A DNA stretch of 63,998 nucleotides, filler included, from Perkinsus olseni (taxonomy: Eukaryota): assembly GCA_013115125.1 (NCBI GenBank). It is 12 parts of 12 records of this genome, joined end to end, with 100 filler letters (N's around TTAATTAATTAA, not from the genome) between each part and the next. Parts side by side here need not be neighbours in the genome. Positions count along the whole stretch, not along the records: positions 48,245 to 53,448 come from JABANN010001207.1; positions 53,549 to 58,751 come from JABANN010001208.1; positions 58,852 to 63,998 come from JABANN010001214.1; 9 more parts are not named here. The stretch is one strand, 5' to 3'. This document shows positions 50,781 to 62,700 of this stretch, one piece after another. The translations under genes and the position numbers were made by a program. Position 1 is the first letter of the stretch. Each line of letters starts with the position of its first letter. The notes beneath the pieces were generated by a model. The model was not told where the DNA came from and ran no database searches. It saw only the letters and a list, made by a program, of their open reading frames with translations.

Positions 50781-53548
50781 CTGCATCGACTGGAGTCAAA
50801 AGTGAATGTGAAAGGCATCCAATAGAGGTTGGTAGTCGTCTCTGATTTTGTTGCTAGTTGGAAAGTCTCCTCTAGGTTTTAACCACAGAATCATTTGGGG
50901 GGCTGCTACGACAAGTCCCTCGCGAAGCTCTGCTGGCATGTCTCGATGATGGTCTGGTCGCTAGATACGACTCGAGCAAGTGATGTCTCGGTGTACATCA
51001 GTCAGCGCTTCTTTATTGTCCCAGTTTATGGGTCTGGTAACGGACATGCTTCGCACCGTCAGCCCGTAGGACTCATTGCGGCAGCCGTGTCTAGTAGAGC
51101 TTTTAAGGGCACGCCAATCACTCCCGGCTGCTCCTTTATCCATCCGAATGGCTCATTCTCAGTTTGATTCCACCTGATGAAGCCAACGAGTCCGACAGCC
51201 CAGAGGATACCGCCGCTATTATTGAAGAATTTGAGAAATTGCTCAACGAAAAATACAATACAAGTTGATGTTATCGGTCTCCCAGAATGTTGAGTTCCCC
51301 GACGCCCTCCAGATGGAGAGAAAAAAACCCAGTGATAGATTTCTACCGGCGAGAGATGAGGTCGAAGATACTGTATGCGCACGCGTGCGTTGACGATGAT
51401 GTGGCCTTTTGTGTGAGCTTATGGGGCGGCCAAGGTGACTTAAAGTCACTGACTTTCCTTACCGGTTCTGGCGACGAATGGACCGCCAGTCCTCGGCGAT
51501 CATAGCCCATGATTATCATAAAATAATACTGAGATTATCAACTGTGACCCACGGGCTAGACTGCAACGGCGAGCTGGGCTCAGTTATCGTTAGCCGTTGG
51601 TCCATGCAACCAACTCTGTAGAGAAATAGCAAGTATTGATACCAGTGATGACCCTTAGTCTTTCCTCTCTTTTTCCAGATGGCACCTATGCTTTTATCAC
51701 AGTGATGGTTCAAGGAATAGCTTTGAGCTCTTCCCGACGTTTCTTGAATGGCGACTGCGCGTTGCGGCGTTCCTGAGGCCTCGAGTCCGGATGGGTACTT
51801 GAAGGTATCCATCGAGTGCCGAGAGCCGTTAGCCAAGCGATCAAATTTCCTTCGTCGCTGCTTCTCGAACGCTACTCGATCAGTGACTGTGACAGCGATT
51901 GGTCGACTCGTCATTTACCTATTATCAGGAGGAGTCGGCCGTGCCATCTCATACGGTCGGCGCGGAGCTACTTCGGTGTGGATCGGAGCAGGATGGGCCG
52001 TGAGTTTACATGCCTTCCCTCTTCGAGTCTTCTTCTGTGATTTCTCTCGGCCCTCATGGGACGAGTAGCTTGGTTCACGAGTGGCTCCAGCTATCCACAG
52101 CGTATATTATGCTAGGGTGGAAAGTTTTGTGGACAAGTTCATCGGCACGGTATGGATTGCAATGATGGAGAACAAGTGGGGCTCTGATGCTCCGGATGGG
52201 GGGCAGCGCTCAAGCAACCCTCCTGCGTGGATAGTGAGTTTGTCGGCAGTCGGAGGTCCTTCGTTTCCCTCTCCACAGAATGCCAGCGGATGCCTGGGAG
52301 AGATTCCACTCATCCGTGGCAATGCGTCAATGGCGTCAATGCTTCGCTTTTCCGGCAGAATTAGATGGACCGCAGAAGATGCGTTCTCGCCTATGCTTCA
52401 TCGTGGCCCGATGTGGCGGTCTCATATCTACACAGCCGTATGATGTAAGGCTATATTATCCACAGCTGCCGCGCGGAGCAGTGCGGCTTTAGGAGTGCCC
52501 CTCGGCGAAGGAGTTGGTCTATGGTATGTTCGATAGTCAGGGCAGTCGATTCGCTGGAATCGTTGACGCTGCAAGAGACGGCGAGTACTCCAACTTCGAG
52601 ACCCGAGTCAAGGAGCTGCTGGCCTCTCGTGGAGAGTCTAGTCTCCTCCCGCTCGTCCTCAAGAGCCTCTACGTGGCGCTAGGAAGTGGCCGTCAACGCT
52701 GGCGAGGGCCTGTGAGGGTGAGCCACGTTGCTGGGGCTAACGGGGCTGTGCTAGCAATAGCGTTATTCTCAGCGCATTTGCGGACATGTTGTTCAAGCTG
52801 CGGCTGATGATGCTGGTGGGAGGCCTTTCGAGGAGAACTTTCTTTCCCCCTTTTGAGCGCTTCTTAGAACACTCGAGCAGCCCAAGAGCCAGGGGACACC
52901 TAGAAGCTTCACCGAGTTCAAGGACAAAGTTCGCGTGGGAAATGCCTCTTATCGTCAAAGTCAGCCGAGTTGGATGGCGTTCTTCTCAGGAGATTCTCGT
53001 CCTCCCGCCCAGCTCGTCTACACGGGAGTGCCACGTGCAATGCAGTCGGCGCTGTCGTCGAGTATTCGATGCTGCTGACCCCTTGAGGATCCGACCCTCA
53101 AAGGTTATTCTAATTCAATAGTTATCTTGTTGTCACCGCATGAAGTACTCGGAGTTGTTTCGTCCACGTGACCATCATTAAAGCTCTACAATGCTGTATG
53201 CTGATCATCTGCCGCCACCTGTAGCCTTGGGTTGCCCCTGGGAAGCTCCTACCGATACCACAGCTCTGAACCAACGGAGAGATCGCCGCCGCACACGATA
53301 GTAACGCTTAGTATTGCCGGTCCTTGGATATAAACTGTTCAGTGCGTCGTCGCAAATGGTGCAGTTGTGGCTGCGTGTGATGGCAGTCACTCCCTTGGTG
53401 TATTGCGCGCACGCCAGGGCCAGTTCTACCATCTCTATAATTATCAGANNNNNNNNNNNNNNNNNNNNNNNNNNNNNNNNNNNNNNNNNNNNTTAATTAA
53501 TTAANNNNNNNNNNNNNNNNNNNNNNNNNNNNNNNNNNNNNNNNNNNN

Positions 53549-53800
53549 CACATTCATCGAGTAGAGCCATTTCTTCAGACGATGAAGTTGTCCTTTTTGA
53601 AGCCATGGTGTACCCGGGGTGAAGCCATCAGTTACAACGCAGGCTGGGTAGGAGATGTCACCGAATAGTTGTTGGAGCACAATGATCACCTGGTTGACAG
53701 TACAATGGGTGACCGGTCTTAACCAGGTATAATGCGTCACCCCACAGGTGATGCTCAAAATTCCCCTGAATACAACAGAGGAACCAACGAACTTTCCTTT
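53549..53800 (-). mobile_element. Retroelement integrase-core fragment
   Basis: ILSITCGVTHYTWLRPV...VIIVLQQLFGDISYPACVVTDG matches the rve core pattern up to the second Asp. Confidence 0.6.
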
Positions 53801-53819
53801 CCCAACCTGAACCAACAAT

Positions 53820-55090
53820 ATGACTCGCCCATTACTTCTGTCGATGAGAGTTCTCTCCGTGCTACTACTTGCTCGGTCGATCTTCGCGCCGAAAATCCAG
53901 GCTAAGCTTCCGGCCGGGCACTACACTAGTCGGGAGGAGATCCGCGGTCTTGGTGACCTGCAACACTTAAAGGCTCATATCAGGGAGTCCCTCGACGCTG
54001 AGGGGCTGTTGTCGTTGCATGTGACGATGATAAATGACGCCGGATTCAGTTTTGAGATGTCTCGCTACGCTGTTATTAAGCGCTACAATGGCTGGCGTGA
54101 ATTTACAGTGAAGGGGGTCTAGGGGTGGACGGCGGTGTCTTCAAGAAAGTGCTACTTCGCCGAACGGGCAGCCTGGCTGTCATTCTACTTCTCCGAGGTC
54201 CGCCAAGCTATACGAATTCCGTATCATGCATGGGTCAACCCTGGATACCGTCTTTGTCCCATTGGTGGTTCCTGGGTCATGTTCCTTGGGTGGGAGAACT
54301 CCTCTAGTCTAACTCACCCAGTGAAGCTGATAATTGATACGACCGAGGACCTTGGCCTGCCTTCGCCCGCGCCAGCTTATTACCACAACGGTGGTAATGG
54401 CAGTAACCACCCTGAATACGTTTCGGCGATCATCACCAGCCCACAGTCTCGGGGACGGCAAGTGCAACTCAACATCTGGTCCACCAAGGGTCCCCGCAAG
54501 CCCTCCCTCCAGCTGCCCGATTTGTCCCTGGAGCTTTCCTCGGGCAGCTGCTGGCATCTTCAAGCTGATCATGATCGAGTCAGGATAGAAGGTCCCCTGA
54601 AGTCGACCGGTGATGATTTCGGCTTCATTGTCATTCTGCAAGGCATTCGTCTGTGCCCGAGAGCGGCGCCAAACGGGACAGTTTGGCTGTTGAAGCTCTT
54701 GCAACCTCCCCGGGTGATCGACCTGGTCAGGGAGGAACTACAGATGGTTCAAAATCTCTTGAGAGAATGCTTCCGCCGAGTGCCACAGCTTAAGGGGTAC
54801 TTAGGGATTTACTTTGATGGATTTTTTGCTCTTCATTGTTTATTCATTTAGATTTTTCAGATGGTGTTGCATGTAAACGGTGTCCGGTAGACGAAGGAGT
54901 TCCGAGTTTTTCCGTGAAAGTCAAGGGTGACCTCAAGATTCCGTTCGATCGACTCAGCTGCCGATGTTAGCACAGCATCATCGATCGAGTCTGACATCCG
55001 TCTCTCGAGTAGCTGTCCGAGGCCTCGCCAACTCGAGCGAAGCGGCCAAGTACGACGCCGCGCCATTCGGTCCGCAAGGCGCCGGTCGGA
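53820..55090 (+). pseudogene. Lineage-specific secreted-protein gene with an in-frame TAG at 54120-54122
   Basis: Signal-like MRVLSVLLLARSIFA. ORFs 53820-54122 and 54135-54851 are in the same frame. Probable intron ~54797-54860. Confidence 0.5.
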
Positions 55091-58000
55091 CTGCCGCCAA
55101 GGGTGGCGCTAGCTGGGAGAGCGACCCTCGGTTTCAGGTGATGCGGGCGAAGTGCGGTATCAGCTGTATCTTGCTGTCGATCTCAATAGCTCTCGATAGT
55201 TCTCCTCGCCCCATGAGCTCGTCAGGCACACAAGAAGCTTGATCAGGGCAGGATGCCGCCGAAGGACTGGAAACTGGGCCCTTACGCGGCTAATAAATTT
55301 TTCGTCAGCCCGTCCAAGGTGATGAGGGGTCGGGGGGTTGAGAGTTTCCGTGTTTATTCTGAGAACAACTTCTATCGGCAGTGGTAAATTTTATTTACTT
55401 GTGTTCAATAGACCGCCTCTCCTGAAGTCCAAGAGCGCTCTCCTGATCGTCTTTCCTACGTTAAGTTAGATCGTGGAAGGCAATTGAGCGCCCCACTATT
55501 GTCAAGTATTTGGGCTGATAAAACTGAACCGCTGTGTTGCTGTTGTGCGATCATTCTTTGGGTTATTTGATACCACAACTTTCTCCGCTCCTGACCAGAG
55601 CGCACTTTGAATGGTGAAATAATTTCGGTGGGAGCGAGAAAGAAAGCCGAAAAATACATTATTAATAGTGAGAAAATTTTCGGTGAAGCACTTTGTCCGA
55701 CACTGTTCTTGAAAATTCTGCTGTACAGGCGATCACCCGTTAAGTAAGAGGTCCGATGTCGATTAATTCAACCATTCTCGGTGATATGGTTATCGTGATT
55801 TTCCAACCTCATTTGCTCGGTCGTTTCAGGACCCTTCTGGGTTCACCATGAATGTGCTGATACTCCTTGCGTTCGTCTACTCGGTGTCCTGTCTCACGCC
55901 TGGAGAGAGCTTCTACAGCCGAAGGTGGTTGCCCTTCTCGCGGCGTGCGAGGGCGGATAGGTCCTGAGTTTAGGAGACGCCTCATACGAGAACGCATTCG
56001 TCAAGAATACGATTTGCCAGTCGGCTGGGATGACGATATTGAAGTGAGTATCTTAGGCTGACTCTGGCATTCACGCGTTCGCTGTAGGGGGAGGAAGCTC
56101 CTCTGACCCCCTCTGGCTGGGGGACCATCGATTTGGTCACGAGCAACGCGGTCGGGCAGAAGGATGAGGATGAGAAGGTCATCGTGGTGGCGCGGAAGAG
56201 AAAACAGCAGCCTTAGAGGGGTCCAACGGGCGGGCGCTGGAGAGGCTGCGTTAGCCGTTAGTCGCGACATGTTTGATGAGTTTCAGTTGGTGATAGTGCC
56301 TTGTGTTGGGCTATGGGATCAGTGGTACCACCTGGGTGAGATCGGGAGGGGTGATCAGAATGGCTCTGCAGGACTTCAACGGTTGGTTAGTTGAGTCGGG
56401 CGAGCATCTTGTTGTTATCCCGCAGGCCTAGGGTTCATTCCGCAGGGTCTGCATTTTCGCCACCATCGCCCGTCGACTATGAGTTTGGACACGGCCTTCC
56501 TGCAACTGTCATTCACCCTTCCGGGCCGATACACCCTACCGACCGTCAGCTCTCTGCCGGCACTCAAGGTGACCCCTCATGAAAGCACCATCGTCGAACC
56601 GAGAACTCCCGTTCGGTCTTAGGCTGTTGCCTCTCAAAAGGCTTGGAAAAGCTGCTCTTCCTCTGTGAATAAAACTCCTTCAAGGACAATCAAACCTGCC
56701 AACTTTAGTCGAGTACAGTGGGAGGCGGAGGCCTTCGCGGCGCCCCACTGCGGTCGAGTTGCTAACGAGGGCACGAAGATGGTTGTTGACGAAAGGGGGG
56801 TGAAGCAGCGGTCACAGCAGGCTCTTGGTCCACAGCGTTTGCTCAGTTCCCGAGGACGATCAGAGTTTGCAGTCAGCATCCTAGTGACACTTCTTGGTGG
56901 TGGAAAGACAGGTTCGTCGAACTGGGCGTGTATTGATAGTCACTGGGTTGATGAGTATCTTGCCACTAGCCAATCGTTAGTATCAAAGCATGCGATCATT
57001 CGACTCGAATGTAAAGTAAAATCTTTATAGTTAAGAACCTCAGATAAGCAATCTAAGCTCATTACTCGAGACATTGAGCGCGTGAGCTCCGCCGAAGCAA
57101 ATACAGTCTTTAGGTGGCGGGGACTGTGTAACATACGGTATGCCATATCGGGTATGCCATATCGGGTATGGACATTTTATTAGTTTACCCACTGGTCTAC
57201 ATTCTGTTAGCTTACTCACTGCTAGTCCACATGTATTTCTCTATTATTCATAGCGAAGATTAGTGTCTTCAATTTAATTACTAAGTAGGTCTTTGTTATT
57301 ATAAACCCTTTTCCTGCTTAGTAAGGATAGAACTGTATACGTAAGCGCCAAGCACATCCCGCTGGCCCAGGTTGCGTGCGAACTAGGGGAACGACTCCAA
57401 GAAATCAGCTCAAATGAAAATGGCTAGTTTGCCGCTGTCAACACCCCTTCCACAAGAGCGATGGCCCATGTGCCAATTTCCAGGTGTAATGAGTGTCGTA
57501 ATATCTACAACGCTCGAGTCGACGCTCTGACGCCCGTCAGTTCGGACGTTCGGACCCTAATCGGAAGCCTGAAAGCGGCTGCTCCCGAGTCAATGGTGAG
57601 TGTTGTAATCCATCGGTCATGATCAGTTGCTTTCAGGAGCGGCACTCGTCAATGCGCTGTTTATTAGAGTCAGTGTCGTCTAGCCCGGCCGATGCGGCTT
57701 TACGACAGGCACGAATTCGGGCTCTGCAAAAGTCAACCTTGGATGCGCCGTGACTTACCTCAGGGCTCTTTCTTCCAGGTACCCATATAATGTTGCTCGT
57801 AGAGGGACAGACACCAACCCAACCTCCTTCACTGGACGAGTAAGATCTCCAGGAAATGTCTTTGTGTTCCTTGCCTCGGTCAGGTGCTTAGCATACAAAA
57901 CAGAGGTTTCCGAGCTCTTAGACGGGAGTTCACCAGGCCTGCTGTACCATGGCATTGATCATTCCTTTGATGTGTTCCACTTCCGTTACTTGCGTTGTCA

Positions 58001-58379
58001 GTGTTGCGCACACGAACGACACACGCAAACTCATCCACCTCCGAGCATCACACTTTTTGCCGCATTTTTACCAACCAAAACCGAAAGCGAGAGCATTTCG
58101 GGTAGTTTTTCAAACCCGCGGAGCGGAAATGAGCAGTGCAAAGAATGTCCTGAGATTGATCTTCACCCGTTGAACGCGGCTGCAAAATTGCTTGTGAGTT
58201 ATAGAGGTAGTTGATTGAGCGCCTCCCTCAGTCCCAGCGTGAACACGATGAACTCCATTCCCGCGGTGGAATGCTACAGCGTCGGTTGGTACTACTCAAC
58301 ATCCTAATCACTTCATGAACCCGATCGAAAGATCAGTCGCACACAGGAGTCAATGAGAATTATATGGTTGACAAGGAAA

Positions 58380-58751
58380 TCAGGAGCTCTCGCAACTGCA
58401 CGGCTGTTCAGTTCCCCAGCACAGATTAGGGAGCTTGTAAGTCATACAAAAACTGCCTGTCGCAACGGACTCGCAGTACTGGTCGCAAGCTCGAGGGCCC
58501 GTTGAAGTTGTTGAGGCTCCAGTTGTAATTTCAGAACTGGTATCAACCTCAGTGGTAGTGCTGGCAGGCTCCTCAGTGGTAGTGCCAAGCTCCTCAGTGG
58601 TAGTGCCAGGCCCCTCAGTGGTAGTGCCAGGCCCCTCAGTGGTAGTGCCAGGCCCCTCAGTGGTAGTGCTGGCAGGCTCCTCAGTGGTAGTGCTGGCAGG
58701 CTCCTCAGTGGTAGTGCTGGCAGGCTCCTCAGTGGTAGTGCTGGCAGGCTC
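58380..58751 (-). CDS. C-terminus of a mucin-like protein: (EPASTTTE/GPGTTTE)n plus a 6-Cys module
   Basis: 24/21-bp repeats at 58548-58751 read on minus into CDQYCESVATGSFCMTYKLPNLCWGTEQPCSCESS*. Confidence 0.8.
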   Translation of the reverse strand, partial: EPASTTTEEPASTTTEEPASTTTEEPASTTTEGPGTTTEGPGTTTEGPGTTTEELGTTTEEPASTTTEVDTSSEITTGASTTSTGPRACDQYCESVATGSFCMTYKLPNLCWGTEQPCSCESS

Positions 58752-59795
58752 NNNNNNNNNNNNNNNNNNNNNNNNNNNNNNNNNNNNNNNNNNNNTTAAT
58801 TAATTAANNNNNNNNNNNNNNNNNNNNNNNNNNNNNNNNNNNNNNNNNNNNCCTATGCCCAGTGCCATCACCTCTTGTGCTCGGATGAGTGTGCGTCTCT
58901 TCCTGAAAATAAAACCTGTGCAGCCTGCTTAGACACCTTCCACTGCAGAGACGGGATCTTGAGCTGCACAGGCCTGGCTAAACTACCTCCTCTCGCGACG
59001 AAAGAGAGTGACAAGTGTCTACCGAAGGGCCATCGTCAAGGGTAGAGTATTGAGCGGAATGTCTTTGGTGAGCTCATGGGATGGCTTTTGCATATATGTC
59101 GCTTCGTTGTCTGTCTCTATTCATCGGTCGCTATCTGTCGGCGATATCCAGCGGTAAGTGCTATTATGGATGATCTAATTTGGTGCTCGTCCACCGGGGT
59201 CGGTTGCGGAAATCAGTCTTAGTCAGTCAGACTGACTCGGTCTTCCTTCGCAAGGAAGTCCAGCATTTGATCTGATTGAACGCCGCATCAGGCATGCGTA
59301 TTTTGCTCGGGCCGAGCTATGGCCGTCTTTTTACTCGATACATGGGTCACTGAAGGCCCGATCTAGACTTGAGTACGGTCGCCTTTGTGAGAGATGGAGG
59401 ATACTCCATAGCCCGTACATGGTCCGCACGTGTGCACAGAGGCTGTTATGGGCCGTGGTTAGGCCTTGTGTCTCTTCAGGCTACTGTGTAAGCCTGGATC
59501 CTTTACTTACTATCAAATGAGAGAGAGGCTGAGAATGGCTATCCTTACATCATTCATTGTAGATGCGCTGTCTTGCCATTAGCTATGCCCTGTACACAGT
59601 TGCACTCATACACTACAGGCTTCTCGCGCCTCAAGGAGCCTTTCGTTGGGATTCAATACAGGCACACAACAACGCCGTGAAACCCTGCCTTCATTTCCTT
59701 CGTATATGCGTGCATCCCTATTAATAGTCTACTATTTCGTCAAGGACAGTAGCTGGTGTGCTAAGGGGATGCTAAGATTCAGGCTTTTTCTACGT

Positions 59796-62700
59796 TTTTG
59801 AGCCTAATATGGCAACGTGTTCGGCAGTCGGGGCGCGAGCATCGTATCTTATCGCAAGTTGGGTAACCCAACCTTGACAAGATTCCCTCTTCACCCCACC
59901 CAAGAGAGTGATACGTAGCCATCTTGGCTCAAGATCTATTCTTCGCACACTCCCTTCCGCATGCCCGTCTCGCAAAGCGACCTCGTCCAACTACAGCAGC
60001 AGATCGCCGATTTATCTGCTGCAGTTGCAACCAAACAGGATGCCCAAGTTATGAACGACCAAAATGATAATGTACTGGGAGTCAAGGATTGCCTGGGGCT
60101 TCTAGAGAGTAAAGTGAAAGCTATGGAGGATAGAATGAACATGGGTATATCTAATCTACATATGAAGATCCAGAACACCGACCAACGTCTAGCCGATATT
60201 GATGCGAAAGTCAACGGATGCGTTGAAGGAGAAAATGGATATACAAGCTACAATGATGAAGGATATGTACGGTCTCCTCAATAATATGATTAATCGCCCG
60301 AGCCGCGAGCCTACTGAAACTGAGATGCCGGCAGCAGTAACAAACCCCAGGGGACCGCTGCCATCAACTGACACGTCATTCTACCCAAGCAACTCAGTAA
60401 CCAACTTCGACTACAAACTGAACGCGAAGATCGTTGTATTCGGCATTCCGGAACCTGACTCCACGCCCACCATCGGCTCTACAGAGAAGACTGAGTCACG
60501 ACCCACTGTTCGAGCACAGAGAGAGAAGGTATTCAATGATGCAGCGGCAAAGTATGCACCGGAAACTCTACGTAGCGCGAAACGTCTCGGTACTTATCAG
60601 CCAGGGACGGGTGCCCTATCTGTGTCCAATTCTCTTCGCCGGATACCGCTAGAAACTTCCTAAGAGACAATGGGAGCTCTCTTCGCGGACAAGGTATCGG
60701 AATGAAGTGGTGGCGCCCACTGAGGCCCAAGATCGGCACTTCGGCTAACACTATCAATACCATGGCGGCCAGAATAGAAGAGCTGGAGGCGCGCATGAGA
60801 ATGGAACCTAGGAGATCAAGTGAACAAACCATTCCTATCTCAATGGATACGGTTTTTCGGAATTAACTACCAATAGATCTGTGATACGAAATGAAGCTGC
60901 TTCACTGGTGAATCATGTGGATAAGAATGTGACGTCGAGCCCATCTACCTACTGTATGTCTTCACTGATACAATATCTGACTCTGTAGTCATCAACGTTA
61001 ATGAGACTCACTGTACCATTTCTTCTAGTAATGAAGCAATGTACCCTTCATCTGCTCTCTCTCGTAATATCACTGACGATTCGAGTGTCGTAGAGACTAG
61101 TGCTCGCTCTTCAAAAAGAAACACAAAAGAAATAAAAAGAGGCCATAAGTTTTCAAAAGAAAACAAAAAGAAAGTCAAAAAGAGGGGAAAGAGTCCCAAC
61201 AAAATGAATGCCGAACCCCCAAATCATACTAGTGATAGTCATCTCGATCATAGGTACACCCCAGCAACATCTGCGGGATACTCCGCCATCGACCACGGGA
61301 ACTCGCAAAGATCACGAGCCGAAGACTACACAAGCCGCTGCCCATTACTAGGGCGCAGGAACCCTTTCAAGGTGGGAACCCTGAATGTCCAATCAGGAAG
61401 GTCACAGAAGAGGTTTGAACACCTCATGCGGATGATTGATGAGACTAATAATGATATATTGATCCTCTGCGAGACTCACTGTCGACCCCCGGAGCATGTT
61501 GGCGAGAAGAAGGTAATCAATGCGGATGTAGAAGAAAGTATCAAGGCCATACTGTCACCCCGTTCACAAGCAAATTTGATGTGGCAAAAATCATTTGGGC
61601 ATCGAATCCTCACAATGAGACTACATACGAAGTGGTTCCGCATAACTATCATCGGAGTGTATTGGCCTGCGCAGACTGCCTCACGTCCTCAGCAGGAGCA
61701 TGATGCATTTGCAGCGTCGCTGTCAAGTGTACTAGATGAAGTTCCCGAGAGGGACTTGCTAATACTTATGGGCGACTTTAACTGCACAGGATAGAACTGG
61801 AACATGCTATCTAATCTAATTGAAGCCTTCGATCTATGCATACCGCAACTGAGGAAGTTCCAACACCTCAAGAAAGTACCTGCATGGCATCCACCTGGAT
61901 CTCCAAGTGGCCACGGAAATGTCATCGACCTCTTGACTGTGAGAAAGCGCCAGATTAACATGATTGAGAAGATGTTCATAGAAAAGCCACAGTACGTGAA
62001 TACAGATCACAAGATGGTTATTGCGAAGTTTGGGCTACATATATGCCGGAAATATATGGGAGACCAATCTGGGAAGCGGGGTACAACGAAGATGTTCTCT
62101 GACTTGTCGAAGCCATAGCTATTATCATCACTAGAAAAGAACATGATGACCCATCTGGATCAGGTCCGTGATGCTATTGAAACAGGGGATTTAGATACGA
62201 TATGGCAGCTCTTCAAGGATGCACTACNNNNNNNNNNNNNNNNNNNNNNNNNNNNNNNNNNNNNNNNNNNNNNNNNNNNNNNNNNNNNNNNNNNNNNNNN
62301 NNNNNNNNNNNNNNNNNNNNNNNNNNAGGGTAGTAGCCGTATGCTACAAAATGCTCACGGGACATCTAATCATGCCTCGACTAGAAGACCCGCGGTGCGC
62401 CAGAAAGAAGAGGAGCGAAAGAAGCTACGAGCCTCAATGCGGGAGGCAGTAGACGATATCCGAGGCTTGTCAATACATGATCAACGGTCGATATGGGCTA
62501 TTCTCCGGAGGAAAGCAGGCATCAGAGGGGCCCAAACATCTATGCCAGAACAGCTGGGGGCGAAGGATTTTGCTACCTACATGAGAGAATTATACTCTCT
62601 TGATGAAAGCCTATCCGCTGCGCAGCACGCTCCAATTAATGAGACCTCTACAAGCGCCGCTCTCAACTATAAGAACTCGCTGAACCACCCTCACCCATTG

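Noticed and set aside
33490-54122. Stop-codon reassignment suggested by several in-frame TAG/TGA codons
   Set aside because: TAA, TAG and TGA each end intact genes here (FCF1, the secreted pair, gag-pol), the 1684-aa ORF has no internal stops, and the LINE also carries frameshifts.
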